DNA of 64,000 bases from Antedon mediterranea (Eukaryota; Animalia; Echinodermata). Every line of letters begins with the position of its first letter. Position 1 is the stretch's first letter. Positions 33,176 to 47,318 of this stretch are shown here, in pieces. The stretch lies in NCBI RefSeq assembly GCF_964355755.1, contig NC_092677.1:15708101-15772100 (forward strand). The letters run 5' to 3'. A program made the translations under genes and the position numbers. Under the pieces are notes generated by a model. That model saw only the letters and a program-made list of their open reading frames with translations, made no database searches and was not told where the DNA came from.

Positions 33176-34497
33176 TCTATATATAAATTTACGTAAGGGC
33201 AAAATTCGGTAAATCGTGCCTTACTTCTATAATTTTTACTCGATGGTATATAAAGTTGGTTCGTACTTTCGGTACTGATTTTAACCACCTGATGTAACCC
33301 TGTTTACTAATTAAATTAAGTTAGATAATAAGTTATTGACGGTTAAAACGAATTTAGGTTCCAAGATTTGCCCCAAATAGGGGTGTTTTCCGACCGTGGT
33401 ATACACTGTATAATGGATGTCCGTCTTGAAAAATACCCGCCACAAAAATGCGAGGAGGCTTCGCATTTTCCTATCTCCTCCTACGATAATTGTTTTTAAT
33501 AGCTGAAAACCGGTTGAACAGCTAGAGTACACCATCATAATGTTGAAGACAGGCCGATTTTCTTTAAAAAATACTATTTTGATAGATTTAATATACGATT
33601 ATACAAATCTATTGATTTGCGATGAATGGAACATCCCAATCTCTCAGTCTGCCAGAGTTTGGTTTAACACAAGTACTGTAGGTAAATTTATGAGCCCTTG
33701 GTTTAACACATACGGTAGGTAAATATATGGGCCCTTTGAGAATAAACTTGCGAGATTGTGGATAGGCTCTACTGTTAGATATATAAACACATTATTATAT
33801 ACAAATAAACTTTATACTGACAGTTCTTTCTCAACGTTTGTATTAATTAATAATTACCAAATATAAACGTCGTAGTGGTGTATCGTGACATGGTACTTTA
33901 ATATTTCAATCGATTATGACAGTGACAGTTTTAACTAAACTAAATAAAGAATGTTCTCTAATATAATTAGGAATCTCTTGCCATACACGGGGAAAATTAG
34001 TGTACAATGAATATTTAAAATAAATAAATAAATAAATAAAATAAAAAAAGTATTAAATCGCAAATGTTTTACTGTATTTAGAGGTATATTATTTATAGGC
34101 CTATAAAACATGAAAAAAATATTTCGTTACTGAGTGGATAAAGAATATATTTAAAAATTGTTCCTCTTTGTACCTATCCGCTTTCCCATCCCTCAACCCT
34201 AATGTTACATACAAAACACAAATTGGGTTTCTTTAAATGAGTCCAAATCAAAAACTTGGACTCATTTTGTGATAAGTTTCTCCTTCGGAAGTAATTCCCA
34301 GGGTGCTAATTTTAGTTGACTACATAAATCATCGTGTCAATTTATTCGTTTCTGTAAACGACAATGTATAGGCCTATAGTCCTGCGGTACGTACATTTGA
34401 AATCGCCAGTTTTGTTACGCTGAAATTACTGTGTATTCGAGAACCATCTGTGGGCACGACCTAGATGGTACGCGAGCGAAGCGAGCGTACCATCTAG
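33176..34497 (+). mobile_element. Non-autonomous Helitron, copy 1
   Basis: Starts A|TCTATATATAAATTTACG; ends in the palindrome CTAGATGGTACGC-GAGCGAAGCGA-GCGTACCATCTAG; no TSD, no coding capacity. Confidence 0.82.
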
Positions 34498-35652
34498 TCT
34501 ATATATAAATTTACGTAAGGGCAAAATTCGGTAAATCGCGCCTTACTTCTATAATTTTTACTCGATGGTATATAAAGTTGGTTCGTACATTCGGTACTGA
34601 TTTTAACCACCTGATGTAACCCTGTTTACTAATTAAATTAAGTTAGATAATAAGTTATTGACGGTTAAAACGAATTTAGGTTCCAAGATTTGCCCCAAAT
34701 AGGGGTGTTTTCCGACCGTGGTATACACTGTATAATGGATGTCCATCTTGAAAAATACCCGCCACAAAAATGCGAGGAGGCTTCGCATTTTCCTATCTCC
34801 TCCTACGATAATTGTTTTTAATAGCTGAAAACCGGTTGAACAGCTAGAGTACACCATCATAATGTTGAAGACAGGCCGATTTTCTTTAAAAAATACTATT
34901 TTGATAGATTTAATATACGATTATACAAATCTATTGATTTGCGATGAATGGAACATCCCAATCTCTCAGTCTGCCAGAGCTTGGTTTAACACAAGTACTG
35001 TAGGTAAATTTATGAGCCCTTGGTTTAACACATACGGTAGGTAAATATATGGGCCCTTTGAGAATAAACTTGCGAGATTGTGGATAGGCTCTACTGTTAG
35101 ATATATAAACACATTATTATATACAAATAAACTTTATACTGACAGTTCTTTCTCAACGTTTGTATTAATTAATAATTACCAAATATAAACGTCGTAGTGG
35201 TGTATCGTGACATGGTACTTTAATATTTCAATCGATTATGACAGTGACAGTTTTAACTAAACTAAATAAAGAATGTTCTCTAATATAATTAGGAATCTCT
35301 TGCCATACACGGGGAAAATTAGTGTACAATGAATATTTAAAAGAAATAAATAAATAAATAAAATAAAAAAAGTATTAAATCGCAAATGTTTTACTGTATT
35401 TAGAGGTATATTATTTATAGGCCTATAAAACATGAACAAAATATCCAAATCAAAAACTTGATTTTGTGATAAGTTTCTCCTTCGGAAGTAATTCCCAGGG
35501 TGCTAATTTTAGTTGACTACATAAATCATCGTGTCTATTTATTCGTTTCTGTAAACGACAATGTATATAGTTCTGCGGTACGTACATTTGAAATCGCCAG
35601 TTTTGTTACGCTGAAATTACTGTGTATTCGAGAACCATCTGTGGGCATCTAG
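34498..35652 (+). mobile_element. Non-autonomous Helitron, copy 2 (head-to-tail with copy 1)
   Basis: Near-identical to copy 1; starts TC directly after copy 1's CTAG and ends CTAG|T; lacks an internal ~130 bp segment and the 3' hairpin. Confidence 0.82.
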
Positions 35653-38120
35653 TATAATGAAAGTAACGTAATTCTTAAGCGGCGGAATAATTGTGTACCA
35701 AAAACCGATAGCAGCAATCGTTCCAATCTGCGTCCAGAATGCTCAACACACAAACATTATAGAATATTATTTCATTATAAGCAGAAGTGTAAACACTTAA
35801 TTGTATTGTACTTGTTACTTACATGTCTAACGGGGCGTTTCTTACAAAATAATAATCCGAAAGTAGCTTATTGTGATATTAAATATTGTAGAACAAAAGA
35901 TTATCTTATTAGTCAGATTTTACTAAATAATTTACTTTTAGGATATATTTCCCCCTGAACAAAATAATTGTAAGATTGTTTTGATGTTCAATTTTAATTT
36001 AATTATTTACTTTGATGCAAAATTGGATCGAAAAATCTGCAAATAAACCGGAAGAGTTGTCCATGAATATGGAAGACAACTATATTTTATTTTTTGGAGA
36101 AGTTACTGATGCTATTACAAAATACAAAATGGCCTAGACAAAGTTTGTTTTTAATCTTTATATTGGGGGTCGCCAAATGTGTTCATTTGCGCTGCGCATC
36201 ACACAAACTTAGTTCAATGCTATAATATTCATTGCATTGTAATATATACAACTCTTAATAAGACACGATCTAATTTCAGAAGTCAACAGTAATGTAGCTT
36301 TAATACTGAATCGTAACAGAAAATTATTTATACTCTTGCTCTGAGGAAGAGTTGGTGTTACACAAAAGCTCTGTAATTTCTTACTAGCTATTTTACACCC
36401 GATTCTGCTACTGTCCACAGGTGCTATCTGTAAAACTATAGCAAGTTATACACGTTGCTGTCTGCTATAAATGCTGTACTTTTAACACACGGTACACTGT
36501 CTGTAGCACAGTGTGTGTTGACAATTTATAATGATGTACAACCATAGGCAGGTTTTCGTACTGCCATGCAAGAATGGATAGGTGCTTTCCGCCGCTTTTA
36601 GGCCTTCTAGTCAATATTGTTATTATTATACGAATTACGTAATTAGTCTAGTAGCTCATCTACCTTTTTAGCAGGGCATAATGAATATTGTAGCTAGGCT
36701 AGGCCTACTAGTCTAGCGGGAAATCAACCAATTATTTGGTTGGATACGAGTTTAGGGTAGGAAGTAAAGTACGAGCTCAAGTCGTACACGTATGAAACGC
36801 CATATGTGCCAAAATGTTTATTTACTAACAATTTATCTACTAATGTTAAGCCAAAACTCCGTCTGGAATCCAAAACATAATGTTAGTGACATTAAGTCAC
36901 TGATATGCTATAATGCTACCTGACGGTTATTGTTTATTTAATCATAGAGATATTATCTCTATTAGCTATAGGCCTAATTAACACTAAACAGCACAGACGT
37001 ATTTCTTTTTAACTTTCATTGTCAAACATTCATTTTAAATAATACCATTCATTTATTATTCCAAACACACATTACTTAGTTTGAAATTGTACGCGTTTGT
37101 TCATGTTAAAATATAATACATATAAAAAACAGGAAAAAAACAAAGTACACGATAAAGGTTGTTAAAAAATGGTTAACAATTGGTTAATATTTGAACAATA
37201 TTACCAGTAAAACTATTAAAAGGTGCTTAATAAATTAATAAGTTAAAACCTGTTACGTCAGGGAAGAGTGAACGTTGTCAAGGCTTGGTTACGTATTATA
37301 CATTTTAAAAGCTTAGTAAGCCTTTGTTTGGCATTGTGCTTGAGCAGGAAAATACATGGTTTAGGATTACAATTGTAACCGATTTCTTTCGTTTGTTCGT
37401 CCATTCTGTATTATCTGGTTAAACCGTAAGTATATCCCTGGATAAATTCTAGTGACATTAAATATATGATGTGTTTATATATACATATATAAATCCAAAG
37501 GCAAGTTACTGAAAAAATTACAAAGATAACTTACTCTAAACCCACCAATAGGTGTACATCCCCATTAGAACTTTTTGGTCAGAATCCTTATCAGATAAAT
37601 CAACTAAGCAGGTGATTAATGACATGAATCCTATTATACCCCTGTGATTTTATTAGCTCTCTTGTAATTGATTGATTAGGACAAGTTACATTCTTCAGTA
37701 TGCAAGGTCAATGGTCAGGCAAAAACTAGCAGAATTCGGCAATGATCAAATAGTTTAACGACCTGCCTATCAATATGACCGTGTTCGTACGGCGATTGAA
37801 ATACACGTTTATTTGGGTTTTACCCTTGGGGTAAAACCCATACGACGTTCGTACGAATAAACAAAGTACCGGTAAGCTGACACGAAACCAATTAAGATCG
37901 GAATTCTTAGGTCAAAAAGCGCCCTCTGTGCGTCGACCCATATCAATTGACATGGCGTGTTGACAAATTCAACTGGATATTGCATGTCGTTTCGCGCGCG
38001 AATCCTTCAATTATTATTTTTCAATCGACAACCAGACCTATATATTTATAATACATCGAATACAATTTACTTTTTAAATAAATAATGATCGAAAATCCTG
38101 CTAACGTATGTTGTTTGTTG

Positions 38121-38470
38121 ACCACGTGTATTTATCGTGCGAGCCGAACTATTGTTGTGGAAATTCCATTTAATGTACTGTACACGCACTGTACCCCTCT
38201 TGTAAAAATCACCACGTGTATTTATCGTGCGAGCCGAACTATTGTTGTGGAAATTCCATTTAATGTACACGCACTGTACCCCTCTTGTAAAAATCTTAAT
38301 CACCACGTGTATTTATCGTGCGAGCCGAACTATTGTTGTGAAAATTCCATTTAATGTACACGCACTGTACCCCTCTTGTAAAAATCACCACGTGTATTCA
38401 TCGTGCGAGCCGAACTATTGTTGTAAAAATTCCATTTAACACGCACTGTACCCCTCTTATCGTGCGAACC
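38121..38470. repeat. Tandem repeat, ~87-90 bp unit x4
   Basis: Unit ACCACGTGTATTTATCGTGCGAGCCGAACTATTGTTGTGGAAATTCCATTTAATGTACACGCACTGTACCCCTCTTGTAAAAATC. Confidence 0.9.
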
Positions 38471-38999
38471 GAACGGTTGATGTGGTAATTCACAGACACC
38501 AGGCTACCACAATACAGAACTCCCTGCCGTTACATGTACATTATAAGCCACCGATTCGCAAGTTCAGGTCACCGGAAAAAAACCAACGAGTTGATTATTT
38601 ATATATAATTTTACAAAACAATAGATATACATTTGCATTAACGAAAAAGAACATTTTAAACAATAATTGTTAAACAATCAGAAAGCTTATTTGAGGTCGC
38701 GATTTGACATGACCCCGTTAACGCTTGATTAATTATACCCCGAGGCAGCGTGTAATTGGAATGGGATTGAAATAACCAGTAAAGTTGGTGGATTTTTCGT
38801 CCAGATGGTTTTCTAATTTTTTATAGCCAGAGGCGTAAGTTAATTGCCACACGCGACCTCACAGTTGGAAGTACACGGTAGTTTCAGTCCCGTCCGTTGG
38901 ACTTAAATAAACACATGTAACAGTAGGAGGTTAAGTGACATTTACCCGAAGTTTTGAAAAACTTGGGGTAAAAATGAACACATTCTCTAATGGGGCTGT

Positions 39000-39456
39000 A
39001 CACGTAATGACCACTCCGCATCCGGTATAAGAAGAAACAGAGGGAGAAACATAATATGGTTCAACCCACCATTCAGTACGAACATTAAGACAAATGTCGC
39101 ACGAACCTTTTTACAATTAATTAAAAAACATTTTCCCAATGGACACGTATTACATAAAATATTTAATAAGAACAATGTTAAAGTAAGCTATAGTTGTATG
39201 TCATGTGTAAAAAATGTAATTAGCAAGCATAACCACAATGTACTGAACCCCCATACAGAACGAGAAAGTGCGTGCAATTGCCGCAACAAACCCGAATGCC
39301 CCCTAAATGGTTCATGCCTCGCATCTGAAATTGTCTACTCTGGCAACGTCATAACCAATAACGAAACTAAGAAATATATTGGTATGACGGGTGGGCAGTT
39401 TAAATCTAGGTTTAACAATCACAAGAAATCTTTCAAAAAAGAAACGTACAGTAAAG
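39000..39456 (+). mobile_element. Penelope-like element fragment (Naiad-type linker plus GIY-YIG endonuclease start)
   Basis: Open frame RNIIWFNPPFS...KIFNKNNVKVSYSCM...CNCRNKPECPLNGSCL..IVY...YIGMTGGQFKSRFNNHKKSF; CxCx5C linker motif; truncated at both ends. Confidence 0.85.
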
Positions 39457-41580
39457 TATATCAAATCTGCAGCCAGTACTGTATCGATCTTATTAGATCT
39501 TGTCAGTGCAGCTCAGGTTTCGAAATGAAATGTACCGCAGAACTGGCACAATATATAGGCTGAGCCAGGTATGCGGGACATGGTACACTGATTATGAACA
39601 CAAAGAGTGCACAAGCTCAACGAGCGTGCTTTGCAAGATGCTAATAGTATTCAAAACAAATATGCACCGTTTCGAAATGAAGAGTGCTCTACAAAACAAC
39701 ATACTATATATGAATATAGCAGAAAGTAGAGGAGCGTAATATCCAATCTGCAGACAGTAGGCCTACTGTTTCGATCTTATTAGATCTCGTCAGTATATAT
39801 ATATATATACAAATATAAAATATATATATTTTTGTTGAAAATGCCATATTAGTGTCACATAATCGTTATTCAGTTGGTCGTTTCGCCCTTGCTTACCCAG
39901 AAACATTAAATTAGAACATCCCTGTACGATAATGGACTAGTCCGCAACCCTCATGTGGGAACGATTGAATGAATAAAGTTCACATATATAACAACAGTTT
40001 ATATACTAACAACGTTTGTTTTCTATTTTCCAATATTTTAACCTCCTTTAATTTCGATCTTAAAACTTTAGCCATTTCCATGCTTATCGGTTACATTTTG
40101 TTACGTAAGCGGTTAATGAAATAGTAACATCACCACTTCGACAATACCATCACAAAATTTTTATCACGCTGCTGCTCTAGCCCGCTACGTCCCATTAGGA
40201 CTACTCAATCAGAAGCTAAAGCAAGCAGCAGTTATAGTTCTAAGGACAGACAGTTTTGTGAAAATGGAAACTCCACTATGATTTATTGATTCCAGTAGAC
40301 CCAAAAAACGGCTGGGAAAGAGTCTATTAGGACATGTCATGCTAAAATTACAAATCCCTATATTCACTGTCAGTGTCAGATATTCATTGAATTATTATCG
40401 AAACAGTCCATTAAAGTTTGTGTTTGTAATAGGATACTTCACAATTGAAATATCTAGGGTGATGAAGTGACCCCCAGATTTGACCTTAGCAATAAAATTA
40501 ACTAAAGTGACAGAAATTGAGTATTCACTTCTGTAACAAAAAAGTAATATTTATTCACATATAAAAAATGAAAAGAAACCCAAAAACCATTGTCTGACAG
40601 ACAATTTAAGTATTTGTTGCTTTAAATTACATTTTTTCAGGTAAAATAACTATTGTATCTATGATGTGACAATAAAATGACACATTCAAAAACATTTGAA
40701 ATAACAAATATTTTCCAATAAGCGAGCAGCGTTTTTTGTAAGAAATATTTCTTGTTTTTAATATTGCAATTCCCAAGGCCAAGCTATTGTAGTAAAACTT
40801 CCATTTGATTGTGTATAAAAATCTTCTTTTCATCAAATGAATGAATGCCAAACAATGGACAAGAAGCTAAGTTAATTCAATACTCGTTGTTCGTTGTTGT
40901 ACGGTATTTAAAAAAAATCTAGTTGTATTTATTTTACTGTGGTGGTTTCAAGATTTGATCGAGTTACTCAGTCTTCAAAAAGGTAATTTTGTCTATGTTG
41001 TTTATATTTAATTTACCTCCGCCTTGAGGTATGTTTTCCTTTTTGTCTGTGTGTTGGTTGGTTTGTTTTTAACACTAGTCTTTAACAGACTATGTAGTAT
41101 CCAAATATTGACAAACCTGGCCATTTATAATCTAGTATCAATCAAAATGTCGACGATTTTGAGGAAGGATAAAAGGTCAGTGTACCAACAAAAAATGACT
41201 TTATATTCAACACATCCTACAGGATACGTTTTTAGAAGACCAATACAAGTTATGTTACTGTTATTCTTTCGACTAATCAGAACATTAGTAACATTTTGTT
41301 GTTAATATTAGGAAAACAGGCGTATAAGAAATAATGGAAATATTCATGACCTTTTAAAAATGATCAACATGTACTCAAATCTGGTCTCCGTTCTTTGAAG
41401 TGTAAAAATAATTCAATATCAATGTCTTTTTTTCAAAGTTTGTCCATGTATTGTATAATATAATATGAATTTCTGCGGGTTTAGATGTTTACATTAACTT
41501 TTTAACATTACCTGTAAAATATTGTGTTTATGACAATACAAATTTTTCTTATCTTATATTATTTTTTAGCATAGAAAACC

Positions 41581-42375
41581 ATGACGTCATCAAGAAATGC
41601 GCACGTTTTTCTTTGGGCAGTTCCAAGATCATTGTCAACTGCTTTTACCAGAAGCATGGAAAGTATTGATAATGTAGCAATATATCACGAACCATATGGT
41701 TGTGCAGATCACTACGGCCCGGAGGGACGTCTTATTCCAATGGATGCCTCTCCGTCTGAAATGCAGTGTACCTACGATTACGTTAAGGCAAAACTAGAAG
41801 ATAAATCACTAGAGAATAAATGTGTCTTTGTAAAGGACATGGGTTACGCCGTTCATAAACGGTATGATAAAATCGCTAAAGGCTATAAACACTCATTTCT
41901 TATACGACATCCAATCAAATCTTTCTTGTCTTATTACAATGCGATAGTATCTTCTGGTGCAGATGACGTAGATGGCAACCTTTCTCATTGGCTTCCAGAA
42001 GGCTTAGGCTATCAAGAGCTTTGGGAACTATATTGCTACCTTGAAAACGAAAACGGCAAGAAACCTTTTGTTGTAAATGCAGATGATTTGCTAACAAATC
42101 CTAAACAAGTTCTAGAAAAATATTGCGAAGCTGTTGGATTTGAGTATAACGATGGTTTACTAAGCTGGGACAGCAAGCCCAAAGTAAAGTGGAATGTGGC
42201 AGCGACCGTTTGGGATGTAGACCATACGTATAATTGGTTTGCAAACAGTTTATCAGCGGGTGGTTTTAAGAGAGAGCTATCAAAACCCATTCCCTCAATC
42301 GAGAAATTACCAAACATAGTACAAAAGTATGTACACAAATCAATGCCATATTATGAAAAGCTTAGTGCATGTTAA
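41581..42375 (+). CDS. P-loop sulfotransferase-like protein (Sulfotransfer_5-type domain, as at the N-terminus of BCAT-like proteins), 264 aa
   Basis: Motifs WAVPRSLSTAFTRS, HEPY, VFVKDM, HSFLIRHP, VVNADDLLTNP, YCEAVG...LLSW; single coding exon; probable 5'UTR intron 40983-41569 (GTAATT...TTTTTAG). Confidence 0.88.
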   Translation: MTSSRNAHVFLWAVPRSLSTAFTRSMESIDNVAIYHEPYGCADHYGPEGRLIPMDASPSEMQCTYDYVKAKLEDKSLENKCVFVKDMGYAVHKRYDKIAKGYKHSFLIRHPIKSFLSYYNAIVSSGADDVDGNLSHWLPEGLGYQELWELYCYLENENGKKPFVVNADDLLTNPKQVLEKYCEAVGFEYNDGLLSWDSKPKVKWNVAATVWDVDHTYNWFANSLSAGGFKRELSKPIPSIEKLPNIVQKYVHKSMPYYEKLSAC

Positions 42376-42758
42376 ACGGTGCGATTTCAAACAAACATTA
42401 AGATAACTAATATATATTTTTTTTTTGTCTTTTGTGAGATTCACTCACTTTTATTTCATCTATATATAAATTCGACTCTATACGTCGAACGCCGAATGGA
42501 TTATGCATTTTTTTCTACAGAAAAAAAGTGTTCATCCTATAGGATAATAAAATCAATAAGACAAAACAATTCATAAGATACAGCAGTTTTTATTATTCTT
42601 ACTGACAATGGAACTGTGAAATATTATTTCCATCAAGAGAGTATAAGTAGGGCATAACCTCTACTTTTCTATTTTCTTTTTTTTTAATTATAAAAATGTA
42701 TATTATTTTATCTATCGTTTTAACACAGGGCTGAACACACGGAGCCTCGTATGTATCT

Positions 42759-43030
42759 CCCACTAACGTAACAATCATCAACGCAACAATCACCCACTAA
42801 CATAACAATCACCCCTAACGTAACAATCACCCACTAACGTAACAATCACCAACTATCGTAATAATCACCCACTAACGTAACAATCACCCACTATCGTAAC
42901 AATCAACAACTAACGTAACAATCACCCACTAACGTAATAACAGTTTAACCACTAACGTAACAACAGTTAATCACTAACTTAAGAAACTTCATAACCAATA
43001 ACGTACCAAAATTTAACCATTAACGTAATA
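42759..43030. repeat. 19-bp minisatellite
   Basis: Roughly 13-14 copies of CCCACTAACGTAACAATCA, degenerating toward the 3' side. Confidence 0.85.
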
Positions 43031-44315
43031 ACAATTTATATACAGTACTAACAACGTTTGTTTTCTATCCTCCAATGTTTTAACCTTTAGACGTAAGGAT
43101 TAATTAATTTTAAACTTAAAATGTCTATCTTAAAACTTCAGCCTATTTTTTTGTCTGTCCACATTTCCGTACGAAAAAAATGGAGATACCTTATTGTAAT
43201 GAAAACCATTCCATTTCCATGCTTATCTGTCTCTTTATATAACAATACTCTACATTTCATTGACGTGACACGGTTTCCTCATGGTTGACATATCATGTTA
43301 TGCTTTGATTATGTTTTTTTTTTTGTCAATGTATGCATATTCAATACATTTTATTGTATACAAAAAATATAACTTTAATAAACCAATTATCAAGTACTCA
43401 CTTGCAACGTTAATTTTTTTACACAATAATATTTTGAAACCAGATGAAATTTTTAGAGAAAATATATTATATTAATTAACCAAGGGTAAATTTAAAAAAT
43501 AAGACAATTAAGTAACAGATAACAGAAGGACGGTCACAAAGATAATCATAGACACGAAACTAGGTTTAATACCAACAATCACAAATCGAACTTTCATGTG
43601 GAAAGTAAAGAATTTATTTGTCATACAGTAATTGCTAAAAAAAAAATGAGAATTAAAGAAAGAATTCATTGATAGACCAACACACCGACAAACAGATAAG
43701 AAAAAAGTCAGCGTTCATGTGAAAGATTTAGTACCATTTGTAAGAAAAAAAATTAGATAGATTTTTATTTGAGTTATTTTGAGTTTACCGATCGATCGAT
43801 CAACCGACCTACCGACATAGTGAGCTGTAGCGTCGCGTTTGCACGCGACTAATAATTCGATACATAAACTTAATAGTTAAGACATAAACAAAAACTGTCG
43901 ACAGAGTAAGTTAGATCGATTTTAAGCTCACAAAACGCAAGCAGCAGACTACGTATAACAATAAATATGTGTAAACACATTGATTTTTATTATGAATATG
44001 TATTTTATGTTGTAGATAAATACAATTATGATATACAGTATAAACAACATCAATGTTGAAATCAGCGCCTAAGGTGTCTATTAAAGCGTCATGAGCTGTT
44101 TTTTTATAAAGATTATTTATTAACACAACGTTTTTACAACGTTATAATAATTAAAATAATTATTAGCTTTGATGGGTACACACTTCATATTGTTCAAAAT
44201 ATATCATAAACGTGTACAATGTCTTCCAGATGTTATAATTCCCAACATACAATTTCTTTCAACGAATTGATAGTTATTTCTCTTGTTAAGACGAGAGGAG
44301 ATGTATGTTGCAATT

Positions 44316-47280
44316 ATGGATTTCACACAGGTAAGACGTATTTTAGGGTTAGGGTGCTCTCTAATTGAATACCACTCAATAAACTTAATATTTCGATAGT
44401 TTTAATTTCAAATTATATTGTCTCACAAAATTAATTTCTACATTTTAGATCTTAATTAGACAACACTAAATATATAATGCAAGATTTTATAGGAACAACC
44501 TCGAATGTTTCATTAATGTAAGCGTATTGAAGTATCAAACTGATTCGTTTATTTCATCGGTGTTTATTTAGTTTTTAAGGAAAAGGCGTAAATCTAATTT
44601 CTATAGTAACGAAACTGGTAAAGTATAAATAAACCATATTAACGTGCTTACATTATTAACAGAATACCACTATAACTTGGAATGTTTCTTATCAATATCT
44701 CTTCAAGCATACTAGCATGACGTAGTTTGGTCATTGGTCGCAAATAGAAATCCCCCTAATAACAACGGTTGTAATTATCTTTTTTGTTTTTTAAGTCTAT
44801 ATACTAGGAATATACATACGAAAGAAAATACATGCTTATCCTCTAAACAAATGTAAATACCTGTTTCGAATTAACGTATATTTTTTGGTAATTACACTAA
44901 ATCGATGAGAAAAAAGTACTTACAACAATCTAGCAAAATAACGGACATGATGTAAATGCAGGCACTAAAACATGGTTTCTACATAAGTTATTTGATCAAT
45001 CAAAACCAATGGTTTTATTCGAACTTTCGCGTGTCAAAACACACCTGCGTTGCGCTTCTACGTATTTACACTGCGTTACTAGTAGGAACTACGCTTAATA
45101 TTTCGCCATTGCAATTGCGGTAACTCCACAACAAGCGCAAACAGAATACAAGCAATGTGTTTCTGATTTTTTTCAGGTGTTGATTGCTGTACTACTTTTG
45201 AACAGTATTGGTAAGATCCTTTATATTGCCCTTTTATATGAAATGTGAACATTCCTACAAAATATGGATTCCTAAAGCAAGAACTTAAGCCTAGCGTTTG
45301 GATCACATCAATTCCCACCATGATACGTCGATTAAAAACAGATGAATTTTGATTGATAAACTTGCTTGCATTGCGGTTTAGTTCCAGTCGGAACCAAGCT
45401 TAATGGGAACGAATCTTTAGAAATAAGTCAGAGTACAACATGACAACACAACCATATTGGGGGGGGGGGGGCACTTTTCCTACCTAATGTTGCGTGCGTT
45501 GCAGCATATTGTTTTCTGAAGCTTGGTTCGCACTACAGGATACAACGCAAGTACATAAGCGCAACGTAAAGTCACAATCAATGGATTATTCGAACCTCGT
45601 GTTTTAATAAATCGCTTTCGTTTCGGCTTACGTCCTTGCGTTGCGTCCTAGTGAGAACCAAGCTTTGAAACTCTGTAATTATTTCGTAAGAGCCGCATAA
45701 TTGCATCAACCATACGCTTCATCGTCGTTAGACATAGCGCGTTCTACTATTTTGTGTCATTTATTTCTGTCGTAGGCCGGATGTGTCTCAAGTTTTTCAG
45801 ATTTACTATATTCTATAAATGTCTTTATTTCTTTATTTGTAGTCAATGCCTTTTTATATTTATTTTTATTATTACTATTATTATTCTTTCATTCATTCAT
45901 ATATTTTTAATATCTTTTTAAATTCTTAATCTGTTATTGCTAATTACATTAACAGTAATTTTTTCTTTTTTTAAATACAAAATTCAACGTAAACAGAGCT
46001 GTATAAATGTGTTACAAAACATTTTTGTTATCAACAATTAACATGCCTCCGGAGTAAATTTTTATTTTATACAGTATGCATTTTTTCTAAGATTAACAAG
46101 ACATTTTCTCCAATAATTTGTTTATACAACTTTACTGTTGTTTTTTTGTTGTAAAGGTACATCTGTTACCCAAACTGTTGGTAAGTACACGTCAGTTACT
46201 AATGCTATTTTGCTAAAACCTTGTTCGCACTGGACTTGAAAAAATGGTAAATTTAACCACAGTAGCTTTAGCCAATGTCATCGGAATATTTGACCATCGT
46301 TCGCACTATTTCACGAAGTTAAATTTACAAAATTTAACCGCGATGTTAAAAACAACGATTGACTCACATGTTTTAAACATGAGTCGGACGTTCGGATTCG
46401 ACTTTCTAGCCGCGTGGTTTGTTTTATCGAAAATATGGTAAGTTTTACTGGACTATCAACTAAAAATTAGCACTCTGTGAATTATGCCTACTTCTGAAAG
46501 AGAAACCAAATTTTTGATTTGATTCTCATTTAAACAAACCCAATTTGTGTTTTGTATGTACATGGGATGGGTACAAAATAAAATATATTCTTTATCCACT
46601 CAGTAACGAAATATTGTTTCATGTTTTTATATGCCTATAAATAATATACCACTAAATACAGTAAAACATTTGATATTTAATACTGTGTTAAAATTGTCCC
46701 TTAATCGATTGAAATAGTAAAGTACATGTAACGATACACCACTACGACGTTTATATTTTTTATAATTATTAATACACAAACGTTGAGAAGCAACTATCAG
46801 TAATACATTTTATTTGTATTTATATATCTAACAGCAGAGCCTACCCACAGTCACAGTATTAAATGTTATTTGTATATGTGTTTATATATCTAAAAGTACA
46901 CTTACAGAAAGAAATTTTCCTTTTAAATGGCGACCAAAATGGTTAATACGTATTTACAGTATTGTCAAAGTATTGCAATACTTAAGGTTTTAAGTTTATT
47001 CTCCTTAAGGGCTCATAAATGTACCTACTTGTGTTTAATAAAGAGCTAACAAATCTACCTACTTGTGCTAAACCAAACTGGGAGACTGAGAGATTGGAAT
47101 GTTCCATTTATCCATTTGTATAAACGTATATTAAATCTATCAAAATGATATTTTTAAAGAAAATATGTTTAAATTTAACACATATGATTCTGTACTCGAG
47201 TAGCTCATAAATTAACCTACTTGTGTTAAACCAAACTGGGAGACTGCGAGATTGGAATGTTCCATTTATCCATTTGTATA

Positions 47281-47318
<38 letters not shown>

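Noticed and set aside
33311-35044. Duplicated 75-aa and 60-aa ORFs
   Set aside because: Chance ORFs inside the two Helitron copies; no protein motifs.
37560-37600. Second hammerhead-like string (minus CTGATAAGGATTCTGACCAAAAAG)
   Set aside because: Lacks GAAA and a convincing stem II; too degenerate to call.
38121-38470. Regular ~88-bp repeats resembling a CRISPR array
   Set aside because: Whole units repeat with no unique spacers, eukaryotic context, no cas genes: ordinary tandem repeat.
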